A stretch of DNA of 32,000 nucleotides, from contig NC_000964.3 of NCBI RefSeq assembly GCF_000009045.1, positions 1,830,001-1,862,000 of the forward strand. Direction: 5' to 3'. This DNA is from Bacillus subtilis subsp. subtilis str. 168 (GTDB lineage: Bacteria; Bacillota; Bacilli; Bacillales; Bacillaceae). The notes beneath the pieces are model-generated. The model was not told the DNA's origin. It did no database searches and worked only from the letters and a program-made list of their open reading frames with translations. The position numbers and the translations under genes are program-made. Shown here piece by piece: positions 1 through 10,300 of this stretch. Numbering within the stretch: the first letter of the stretch is position 1; every line of letters starts with the position of its first letter.

Positions 1-252
1 GATTTTATCGAAAACAAAGCAGACAGCCTGTATCTGGATCGCATCGATGATAACAAAAAAGCGTTAGCAGTCTTATCAGCGGATGAGGATACGGAAAAAA
101 TCATAGAAGCATGGATGAGCAAAGGGAAATACACGAAACTGCTGGATCTTTGGGTGAAAGGCTTGTCTTTCGACTGGGGCATGCTGTACGGCACCCAAAC
201 GCCTGTCCGGATCAGTCTTCCGGCATATCCATTTGCAAAAGAACGTTACTGG
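1..252 (+). other. pksM: PksM: tail of the KS-flanking linker from a KS upstream of the window
   Basis: Ends with WVKGLSFDWGMLYG...ISLPAYPFAKERYW (211-252), the same motif that follows every complete KS in this window. Confidence 0.75.
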
Positions 253-3200
253 GCACCAGGCGCGGCAAAGGCCCCGGTGTCTATAGAACAGGATCATGAT
301 CAGCAAACAGAAGAACCTTTCAAGGTTATGACGTTTCAAGAAGTGTGGAAAGAAGAGCCGGCGACTCTCACATCGAAACGTATCAAAACGCTCATCTGTT
401 TTCTGACTGAAAGAGAAAAGCAAAACGCATTTGCTTCAGCCCTGAAAAACGTTGATCAAGACACCAAGGTCATTTTTATATCACAGGGCGAAGTGTACAG
501 CAAACAGTCTGAATATAGCTACCAGATTGTGCGGCAAGAACCCGTTACTTTTGAAAAGGCCTTCCAGAGCATTAAAGAAGAACTTGGAGAGCCAGATGCA
601 ATCCTCTATATGTGGCCTATGGAAGACAAGCGCTGTATAAAGGACCATTCCTGTATTGTTTACCTATTACAAGGTATGTCCGCAGCAAAGCTTCATCCTT
701 CACGGCTGCTGCTGGCAGGATGTTTTGAAGATAGTCTTGACCGAAGTTATCTGGAATCATGGATTGGCTTCGAACGTTCACTCGGGCTTGTCCTTCCGCA
801 CACAAAAGTGACTGGAATCTTTCAGCCCGCGGAACAAGGATCGATGGATGATTGGACACGTAAAGTCTGGGCAGAATTACAGGCTTCAACTGAACAAACG
901 GTTTTGTATCAGAATCTGAAACGATATGTAAATCACATTGAACAGACAACGATACAACCGGACAACAGCAAATTGAAGTCTGGCGGTACTTACCTGATTA
1001 CAGGCGGTGTAGGAGGGCTTGGTTATTTATTTGCCAAGCATTTGGCCAAAAACTATGCCGCAAACCTGATTTTGACAGGGAGGTCGCCTTTTAATGATGA
1101 GAAGCAAAAGCAAATAAAAGAATTAAAGGATCTAGGCGGCGAAGCGATGTATGCAGAAGCAGATGTGTCTGATCCTATCGCAATGGGAGACTGCGTAAAA
1201 AGAGGGAAAGACCGATTCGGTGCCATCAACGGTGTTATTCATGCAGCCGGAATCGAGAGCGACTCTGCTATTTTTGACAAAAAGATCGAAAGCTTCCAGC
1301 GCATCATTGAACCGAAAATCAACGGCACGATAGCGCTTGATGAATGGCTTAAAAATGAAGACCTTGATTTTATGTGTTATTTTTCTTCTTCTTCTGCGGT
1401 TTTAGGGGATTTTGGATGTTGTGATTATGCGATTGGCAATAGGTTTCAGATGGCTTACGCACAATACAGAAATGAGCTGCATAACGGTAAAACGTTTGTC
1501 ATCAACTGGCCTGTGTGGAAGGATGGCGGAATGAAGATCGGTGATGAGGAAACAACGGATATGTACCTGAAATCAAGCGGCCAACGCTTCCTAGAAGCCG
1601 AGGAAGGTATCCGTATGTTTGAGCACATCCTAGCTCAGCAGGATGCTCAGCATCTCGTGATAGCCGGTCAGCCCAGCCGTGTCAGCAGATTTTTAGGAAT
1701 GACTGAACCAGCTATTCCAGAACCGGCCACTCAAGCCCCTCTAGCACAAGAAAACAAGGATGAGGTAAAAACACTAAGCATTGAAAAGCGTTTAGAACAC
1801 GACTTGAAAGAGCATATTCACACATTGCTTAAGATTTCAAAGGACAAGCTGAATTTGAACAAAAATTGGGCCGACTTCGGATTTGATTCGATCTATTTGG
1901 CTAAATTCTCGAACGTGTTATCAAAGCATTTCAACATCGAAGTGACACCGGCTTTATTTTTCGGCTATTCAACTTTACAAGAATTGATCAGCTTTTTCTT
2001 AACCGATCATAAAGAGCTGATTGAAGCATTTTACCGGGATGATGCATCAGAGGCGCAAAAGCCCCCTGAAGCTTATGCAGTAATTCCTGTAGCTTTAGAA
2101 CCAGAAGCCAGTAAAAAAAGCATTCGGCAGGTTCACGATGAGCCTATTGCCATTATCGGCATGAGCGGCAGGTTCCCTCAAGCTGATTCGGTCCATGAGC
2201 TGTGGGATAATCTGAAAAACGGTAAATCGTGTATCTCTGACATTCCGGGCGAACGCCGGGACTGGGGGAGAGCTAACAGAGATCCAGAAAAAGCAGTGCC
2301 AAGGTGGGGTGCATTTTTGAAGGACATAGACCGGTTTGATCCGCTGTTTTTTCAAATATCGCCTAAAGAAGCCGAAAGCATGGACCCGCGTCAGCGCATT
2401 TTTCTAGAGGAAGCATGGCACACGTTTGAAGACGCCGGCTATATGGGAGATCGGATAAAAGGAAAATCCTGCGGTGTTTATGTAGGTGTGGAAGAAGGGG
2501 AATATGCGCATCTAACCGGAGATACGGATTACATTAACGGAACACAAAACGCCACATTGTCTGCGAGAATCGCATACGCATTGGATTTAAAAGGGCCTAA
2601 TATGGCTTTGACAGCAGCATGTTCATCTGGACTGGTGGCGATTCACCAGGCATGTTCAGCTCTGCGTCAGGGGGATTGTGAAATGGCTTTAGCGGGCGGC
2701 GTCAGCTTGAATATTTCTCACATGTCTTTTGAGGCGCTGACAAGGGCCGAAATGCTGTCTCCGAACGGACAATGCAAAGTGTTTGACCAGGATGCCAATG
2801 GTCTTGTGCCAGGTGAAGCGGTGGCTGCTGTTCTCTTGAAACCATTATCAAAGGCAATTGAAGATAAAGATCATATTTATGGCTGCATCAAGGCCAGCGG
2901 CGTGAATTACGATGGCAAAACCAACGGCATTACTGCGCCAAATCCTTTTAGCCAGGCAGAATTGATCGAAAACATTTATGAAAAAAATGAAATCAATCCG
3001 CTCGATATTCAATATGTGATGGCGCACAGTACCGGCTCGAATCTTGGTGATCCGCTTGAGGTCCAAGCGTTAACGAGCGTGTTCAGCAAATATACGAAGC
3101 AGAAGCAATTCTGTATGATCAGCTCAATTAAACCTTTAATCGGACATACATTTGCAGCGTCAGGAACGGTTGCTTTAATCAGTATGCTGATGGCTATGAA

Positions 3201-4341
3201 AAACCAGATCATTCCGGCCACTCATCACTGTGAATCGGAAAACCCGTATATTCCGTTTAAAGAAAGCCCATTTGTGCTTTGCAAAGAAAACCGTTCGTGG
3301 ATCAAGAAAAATCAGAAGCCGAGGATGGGAACGATCAGCACGACTGGAATCAGCGGCACCAATGCACATGCAGTCATTGAAGAATACATTCCGGATGATC
3401 AGCCGTCCACACAGCGGCATCAAGGGTCACCGCAGATCTTTGTGATTTCAGCCCAAAATGACGATCGGCTTCAGGATGCTGCCTGCCGCATGATTGCGTA
3501 TCTGGAGCAGAATCATAACCTTTCTTTACCTGATGTGGCATATACGCTTCAGGTTGGGAGAAAAGCCATGGAAGCAAGGCTCGCGATCGTTGCAAACAAT
3601 CAGGAGCAATTGGTGCGAAAATTGAAGGAATATGTGGAAGCAATGAAGAATGGTGGGGTATCAGGCCAACAGAGATCCCTTTATACAGGATATACAGAAG
3701 GGATTTTAGAAGAACAAGATGAAGCAGTTCTGCAAGCTCTCGCAAAAGAAAGAAATTTGGAAAACATCGCGGAATGCTGGGTGAAAGGATATCAGATTCC
3801 TTGGGAACTCCTTCATGATGGCGATGACGTTCGGATGGTTTCTTTACCTGGTTATCCATTTGCAAGGGAACGGTATTGGATTTCGTCAGGCACTCAGCAA
3901 TCAGAGGCCGTTAAACAGCATTCACAAGATATGAAAACAGAGATTGACGAGCCGAATGGCAAAACCCATATTCAAAAGATCATTGTTCAATTTTTAGCAC
4001 GAGAATTGGGCATATCTGAGGATCGAATCAATTTCAAAAGAAACTTCCTGGATTATGGGATGGATTCAATTCTTGGCCGAAAATTGATGCGGCATATCGA
4101 AAAAACCACGCAGCTGAAGATGGCCGGCCGGGAAATCCTTGAATGTCAGACAGTCCAAGCTCTATCTGACCATTTGGCCTTAAAAGCGGAAAAACAAAAT
4201 CATAGCGCAGCAGCACATCACATAAAGGGCACGTATACAGACGAGCAAATCATTGGATTGATGCAAGAGGTGGCGCTAGGGAAATTGGATTTTAAGAGTG
4301 TGCAAAACATCATAGAAGGGAGTAAATCGTATGAATCATAA
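1..4341 (+). CDS. pksM: Trans-AT polyketide synthase PksM, C-terminal 1446 codons (5' end upstream of window)
   Basis: Frame +1 has no stop from nt 1 (DFIENKADSLYLDRIDD...) through the ORF-track Met at 115 to TAA 4339-4341. Translation carries KR, ACP, KS and ACP motifs, and the gene lies directly upstream of pksN. Confidence 0.93.
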   Translation, partial: DFIENKADSLYLDRIDDNKKALAVLSADEDTEKIIEAWMSKGKYTKLLDLWVKGLSFDWGMLYGTQTPVRISLPAYPFAKERYWAPGAAKAPVSIEQDHDQQTEEPFKVMTFQEVWKEEPATLTSKRIKTLICFLTEREKQNAFASALKNVDQDTKVIFISQGEVYSKQSEYSYQIVRQEPVTFEKAFQSIKEELGEPDAILYMWPMEDKRCIKDHSCIVYLLQGMSAAKLHPSRLLLAGCFEDSLDRSYLESWIGFERSLGLVLPHTKVTGIFQPAEQGSMDDWTRKVWAELQASTEQTVLYQNLKRYVNHIEQTTIQPDNSKLKSGGTYLITGGVGGLGYLFAKHLAKNYAANLILTGRSPFNDEKQKQIKELKDLGGEAMYAEADVSDPIAMGDCVKRGKDRFGAINGVIHAAGIESDSAIFDKKIESFQRIIEPKINGTIALDEWLKNEDLDFMCYFSSSSAVLGDFGCCDYAIGNRFQMAYAQYRNELHNGKTFVINWPVWKDGGMKIGDEETTDMYLKSSGQRFLEAEEGIRMFEHILAQQDAQHLVIAGQPSRVSRFLGMTEPAIPEPATQAPLAQENKDEVKTLSIEKRLEHDLKEHIHTLLKISKDKLNLNKNWADFGFDSIYLAKFSNVLSKHFNIEVTPALFFGYSTLQELISFFLTDHKELIEAFYRDDASEAQKPPEAYAVIPVALEPEASKKSIRQVHDEPIAIIGMSGRFPQADSVHELWDNLKNGKSCISDIPGERRDWGRANRDPEKAVPRWGAFLKDIDRFDPLFFQISPKEAESMDPRQRIFLEEAWHTFEDAGYMGDRIKGKSCGVYVGVEEGEYAHLTGDTDYINGTQNATLSARIAYALDLKGPNMALTAACSSGLVAIHQACSALRQGDCEMALAGGVSLNISHMSFEALTRAEMLSPNGQCKVFDQDANGLVPGEAVAAVLLKPLSKAIEDKDHIYGCIKASGVNYDGKTNGITAPNPFSQAELIENIYEKNEINPLDIQYVMAHSTGSNLGDPLEVQALTSVFSKYTKQKQFCMISSIKPLIGHTFAASGTVALISMLMAMKNQIIPATHHCESENPYIPFKESPFVLCKENRSWIKKNQKPRMGTISTTGISGTNAHAVIEEYIPDDQPSTQRHQGSPQIFVISAQNDDRLQDAACRMIAYLEQNHNLSLPDVAYTLQVGRKAMEARLAIVANNQEQLVRKLKEYVEAMKNGGVSGQQRSLYTGYTEGILEEQDEAVLQALAKERNLENIAECWVKGYQIPWELLHDGDDVRMVSLPGYPFARERYWISSGTQQSEAVKQHSQDMKTEIDEPNGKTHIQKIIVQFLARELGISEDRINFKRNFLDYGMDSILGRKLMRHIEKTTQLKMAGREILECQTVQALSDHLALKAEKQNHSAAAHHIKGTYTDEQIIGLMQEVALGKLDFKSVQNIIEGSKSYES
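970..1675 (+). other. pksM: PksM ketoreductase (KR) domain
   Basis: Rossmann motif TGGVGGLG at 1000-1023, catalytic Tyr in DYAIGN at 1426-1428, and WPVWKDGGM. Confidence 0.8.
1780..2010 (+). other. pksM: PksM acyl carrier protein (ACP) domain
   Basis: FGFDSIYL with the phosphopantetheine Ser codon at 1888-1890. Confidence 0.8.
2137..3387 (+). other. pksM: PksM terminal ketosynthase (KS) domain
   Basis: EPIAIIGMSGRFP. Active-site Cys in TAACSSG at 2620-2622, His in AHSTGS at 3025-3027, then IGHTFAASG and GTNAHAVIEEY. Confidence 0.85.
3967..4185 (+). other. pksM: PksM C-terminal ACP domain (donor to the PksN C domain)
   Basis: LDYGMDSILG with the Ser codon at 4066-4068. Confidence 0.8.
4315..4322 (+). 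promoter_or_regulatory. Shine-Dalgarno site of pksN inside the pksM 3' end
   Basis: GAAGGGAG lies 8 nt before ATG 4331, and the start codon overlaps the pksM stop region, suggesting translational coupling. Confidence 0.7.
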
Positions 4342-7300
4342 AGAAATTCTCGATGCCTTCAGATCAGGAGAATTAACCATTTCTGAGGTGGAAGAACATC
4401 TTAAAGGCATGAAGCGGCAGTTGAAAAGCCCGCTTTCAGAAGGGCAAAAAGGGCTGTGGATGCTTCAAAAAATGTCTCCTGGGATGAGTGCATATAACAT
4501 TCCTTTATGCTTTCGCTTCAGCAAACCAATACATGCAGAGACGTTCAAGAAAGCCCTTCTGTTTGTACAGAGACAATATCCGGTCTTAGCCAGTGTGATT
4601 CAAGAAGAAAATGGCATTCCATTTCAATCGGTTCAGTTATCAAAGGATCTTTATTTTGTGGAAGAGGATATATCAGCAATGAAATCAGCAGATATTATGC
4701 CTTTTCTAAAAGAAAAAGCAAAAGAACCTTTCCAGTTGGAAGCTGGTCCGTTATGGCGCACACACCTTTTTCATCGGTTAGAAGAATGCATTGTTCTTAT
4801 AACAATTCACCATATCATATTTGATGGTGTGTCGATGCTGACATTGATATCGGCGCTATTCGAAGCGTATCAACAATTGCTGAATGGGATTGAACCCTTG
4901 CAGCAGCCATCAACAGCTGATTATTACGATTTTGTCGATTGGGAAAATCGAATGCTGACTGGCAGAGAAGGGGAAGAGCATCTCGCTTACTGGAAAGAAC
5001 AGTTGTCTGGGAGTCTGCCAGTTCTTGATTTGCCTGCTGACCGTCCGCGGTCTTCAGCACGAAAATTTAAGGGGCAAGCTTATAAAAGCTTGCTCCCTCA
5101 TCACCTGAGAAATCAAATTAAATCGTTTGCCCGCACCAATCATGTGAATGAATCGGTTGTGTTTCTCTCCATTTACAAAGTGCTGCTGCATCATTATACA
5201 AAACAAAAGGATATCATTGTTGGCGTTCCGACAATGGGTCGGCAAGAAGACAGATTTGAAACCCTAATCGGTTATTTTATCAATATGATGGCTGTTCGGA
5301 GCAAGAATATCGGATCTCAGCCATTAACAGCATTTATTCGGGAACTGCAGCTGACAGTGGCTGTCGGCCTGGATCATGCGGCGTTTCCGTTCCCTGCATT
5401 GGTAAGAGAGCTGAATGTAGACCGCTCGGCCGCGGATTCTCCGGTTTTTCAAACAGCTTTTCTGTACCAAAACTTTTTTCAGGCAACAGGCTTGCAAAAA
5501 GTGCTTGAACCGTATCAAACGCTTGGCATCGAATATATTGAAGACATTCGGCAAGAGGGTGAATTTGAGCTGGCGCTCGAAATATATGAGCAAGAAAATG
5601 AAACAGTGCTTCATCTTCTGTACAACCCTGATTTGTACGAACTGTCCTCCATTGAAAGCATGATGGAGAACTATATGAAGCTCGCGCAGCACATGATGGA
5701 GGACCCGTCTTTGCCGCTTGAAGCCTACTCTTTGCAATTAAATCAAGAACAAACTAGTTTGCTGGAACAATGGAATGCGACAGGGACAAACATCGCAAAT
5801 GACAAGTGTATACATGAGGTGTTTGAGGAAAAAGCGAAACAAACCCCCGATGCGGTTGCTGTGATGTTTGAAGACAGATCACTTACATATAAAGAAGTAG
5901 ATGAAAAAAGCACATCTGTGGCAGTCTACCTTCAACATCAGGGTGTTAGACCTGAACAGCCCGTTGGCATTTGTGCAGAGCGTTCGTTTGATATGATCAT
6001 CGGAATTTTAGGAATACTGAAAGCTGGCGGAGCGTATGTGCCGTTAGATCCAAGTTTTCCGCAAGAACGATTAAAGTACATGCTCAAAGACAGTCAGGCA
6101 TCCATTGTCCTCACCCAACCTAACGTTCATGATAGGATCAGCGGATTAACTGGCAGCCATGTAAAAGCGATCAATATCGAGTTAGCTTGCCGAAACGGTT
6201 ATACAGACCAGCAAAGCAGCGGTTTAAAGCGGGAAGTAAAACCGGAACACCTCGCTTATATTATTTATACATCGGGAAGCACCGGAGAGCCTAAAGGGGT
6301 TATGGTAGAGCATCGGAGCATTATGAATACCCTGAATTTTCTTGAATCTCACTATCCTGTAACGGCTGAGGATGCATATTTATTGAAGACGAACTATGTG
6401 TTTGATGTATCGATCTCAGAATTATTCGGATGGTTTATTGGAGATGGCCGTCTAGTGATTCTTCCGCCTAATGGGGAGAAATCACCGCAGCTTTGCATGG
6501 ATTATATTGAAACATATAAAGTGACTCACATTAATTTTGTGCCGGCCATGCTGCATGTTTTTTTAGAAATGGCGAAAGACAACAAGCGATTCACAGAGGA
6601 CGGTCCGCTGAAGTATATGATGGTTGCAGGTGAAGCCTTCCCTAAAGTATTAGTGAAAAAGGCGGTATCGCTCTTTACAAACTGCCGTGTTGAAAATATA
6701 TACGGACCGACGGAAGCCTCCATTTACGCTGCGTATTTCGGATGCGGAAAAGGAGATATCGCAAGTCACCATACACCGATTGGAAAGCCTGTTTCCAACA
6801 CGAAAATTTATATTGTGGACCAGCATTTGAAGCCTGTCCCGATCGGAAAGCCAGGTGAGCTTTGCATCGCTGGAGCCGGCTTAGCAAGAGGCTACTTTAA
6901 AAAGCCGGGGCTTACGGCTGAAAAATTTATTGATAATCCCTTTGAATCAGGGACGAAGCTATATAAATCGGGTGATTCAGCAAGGTGGCTTCCTGACGGC
7001 AACATAGAATACTTGGGACGGATTGACAGCCAAGTCAAAATACGCGGTTTTCGCGTCGAGCTGGGCGCAATAGAAACAAAGCTGGGTGAATTTCCGGGCA
7101 TTTTAGATCAGGCGGTAGTGGTGAAGCAGCTTGAGGGCCATCAACAGCTCGCTGCTTATTATACAGAGGAAAGCGGACATGCCTCTGCCAATCCAAAAGA
7201 TTTGCGCCTTCATCTAAAATCGAGTCTGCCCGAATATATGATACCTTCACACTTTATCCGCTTAGATGAGCTTCCATTATCGCCCAGCGGAAAAGTGAAC

Positions 7301-10300
7301 CGTAAAGAATTAGAAAAACGCGAGATCGTGTTCAACAGAAGGAAACCAAATCACTTGCAATTAACGGAAATAGAGGATCAGGTGCTGCGCATTTGGGAGG
7401 AAACGCTCAAGGTCAGCGGATTTGGGCCGGAAGACGGATTTTTCGATGCGGGCGGCGATTCGCTTCTGGCTGTAGCTGTGGCTGAACGAATCAAAAAAGA
7501 ATTCGATTGTGAGTTTCATGTTACTGAGCTGTTTGAGTATTCCACGATCCGTGCAATCAGTGAATACATTTTGGAGATGAAAAACTCAGATCTAGCCGGG
7601 ACACAAAATGAAGATGATCATGATGACAAAAAAGATGGAAAATACCCGAAACAGAAGATTCCCCCTTATTTTGACGACAGTGTTGCGATTGTGGGGATAT
7701 CTTGCCAGTTCCCGGGTGCGAAAAATCATCATGACTTCTGGAACCACATCAAAGAAGGCAAAGAAAGCATACGATTCTTTTCTGAAGAAGAGCTTCGCGC
7801 AAATGGAGTTCCCGAAGAATTGATACAGCATCCTGACTATGTGCCTGTGCAATCTGTGATCGAAGGGAAAGACTTATTCGATCCCGGTTTCTTTCAAATC
7901 TCGCCAAAAGATGCTGAGTATATGGACCCTCAGCTTCGCCTCTTATTGCTGCACTCCTGGAAAGCGATTGAAGATGCAGGATATGTGGCTAAGGAGATTC
8001 CGGCAACAAGTGTATATATGTCTGCAAGCAGCAATTCATATAGAACGTTATTGCCGAAGGAGACAACAGAAGGACATGAATCACCGGATGGCTATGTCTC
8101 TTGGGTTTTAGCCCAAAGCGGAACCATTCCCACAATGATCTCACATAAGCTCGGATTAAAAGGGCCAAGCTATTTTGTTCATTCTAACTGTTCTTCATCA
8201 CTAGTCGGTTTATATCAAGCATACAAAAGCCTGACATCGGGCGAATCACAATATGCGCTTGTCGGAGGCGCAACATTGCACGCACAATCAGCGATCGGCT
8301 ACGTGCACCAAAACGGGTTGAATTTTTCAAGCGACGGGCATGTGAAGGCGTTCGATGCTTCGGCGGACGGAATGGCCGGAGGTGAAGGCGTAGCAGTCAT
8401 CCTGCTGAAAAAAGCTGTGGATGCCGTAAAAGACGGAGACCATATTTATGCCATTATGCGCGGAATAGGCATCAATAATGATGGGGCAGAGAAGGCAGGC
8501 TTCTATGCGCCAAGTGTAAAAGGCCAAACAGAAGTGATACAGCATGTATTGGATACAACCAAGATCCATCCTGAAACGGTCAGTTATATTGAAGCGCACG
8601 GGACGGGAACGAAATTAGGCGATCCTATTGAAATGTCTGCTCTAAATAAAGTGTACAAGCAATACACCGACAAAACACAATTTTGCGGAATTGGTTCAGT
8701 GAAAACGAATATCGGCCATTTGGATACAGCTGCGGGGTTAGCCGGATGTATTAAAGTTGCGATGAGTTTATACCATAATGAACTTGCACCGACCATCAAC
8801 TGTACGGAGCCGAATCCGGATATAAAGTTTGAAAGCTCTCCTTTTTATGTTGTCCGTGAACGAAAATCGTTAGAGAAACACGCAGGTGTCCATCGGGCGG
8901 CTCTGAGCTCATTCGGCCTTGGCGGAACTAACGCCCATGCAATATTTGAGCAATATGAAAACATTTCTGATGCAGGTGCCGAAAACGAAGGCAATCAGCC
9001 TTACATCATTCCTATATCAGCAAAAAATAGTGAACGGCTCCAAGTATACGCGAAGGAAATGCTGTCCTATATCAGTCAAGACGAGCAAAGGCATTTCTCT
9101 TTAAGAGATATTGCATATACCTTCCAAGTCGGCCGTGAAGCAATGGATAACAGGATCGTTTTTATAGTGAACGATCTGGAAGAGTGGAAACATCAGCTGG
9201 AAGCTTTTGTGACTGGAAAGCCGCTCGCAGAAGGCTGTATTCAAGGAGAAAAAACGAGAATGACATCCGCTGAACAGCTGCTTGGAAATGCTGAAGCAGA
9301 TGATATGGCTTCATCGCGGATATCAAAAGAAGAATTGAGAAAGCTTGCCGAGATGTGGGCAAATGGCTTTCACGTTGAATGGCGCAGGCTCTATCCAAAT
9401 ATAAAGCCACGCCGCATCAGCTTGCCGACATACCCTTTTGCCGAAGAACGATACTGGCCTGAAAGCAGCACCGGCGCTATCACAACAATTGAACCATCTC
9501 GTTTGCATCCTTTGGTGCACCATAATACATCGGTTCTGTCAGAGCAGCGTTTCAGCTCCATTTTCACAGGACAAGAGTATTTTATTGCCGAGCATATCAT
9601 TAAAGGCATGGCGATTTTGCCGGCGGCGGTCACGCTTGAAATGGCAAGAGCCGCTATAGAACAAGGAATTGGCGGATTGGAGGATCATGAAACTGGAATC
9701 AGGCTGAAAAATGTCGTGTGGGTTCGCCCGGTTGTAGCAGGAAGTGAGCCGGTTCAGGTAAATATCGGACTTTACGATGAAGATGGCGGACATATTGCTT
9801 ATCGGATGTATGGTGATCCGGAATCCGCTGATGCAGAACCAGTTGTATATAACCAAGGTAAAGCGGAATTGATTCAGTTAAAGCGAGAAAAAGCACTGGA
9901 TCTTTCTAAGATCAAGAAACAATGTGATCAAAGCAAAATGGATGCTGCCTCGTTTTATGAAGGGATGATCGGCGCCGATTACGGTCCAGGTTACAAGAGT
10001 GTAGAGGCCGTATATAAAGGCGACGGCCAGCTGCTTGCCAAATTATCACTGCCAGAATCTGTTGCACATACGTTGGGCGATTATGTTCTTCATCCAAGTG
10101 TAATGGACGGGGCGTTACAGGCGGCTGAATATTTGCAAAATGTCGTCAGAGCGGAACTTTCAGACACTGAAGACTTTAAGGCAGCACTGCCATTTGCACT
10201 GGAGGAACTTGAGGTTTTTCGTCAGTGCGTTTCTGACATGTGGGTTTATGTTCAATTCAACTCGAAAAACAAACCAGGAGATTTGATACAGAAAGTCGAT

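Noticed and set aside
76-423. 115-aa minus-strand ORF, and the 62-aa plus-strand ORF at 111-299, at the window start
   Set aside because: Both lie entirely inside the open pksM frame, which carries clear PKS linker motifs. Neither has an SD or any recognisable motif, so they are shadow ORFs.
3374-3865. 163-aa antisense ORF inside pksM. Similar ones inside pksN include 5324-5737, 9539-9856, 12034-12366, 17729-18058 and 19108-19518.
   Set aside because: These are antisense to strongly supported megasynthase coding sequence. Their translations are low-complexity or Cys/Arg-rich with no domain motifs, as expected by chance in very long ORFs.
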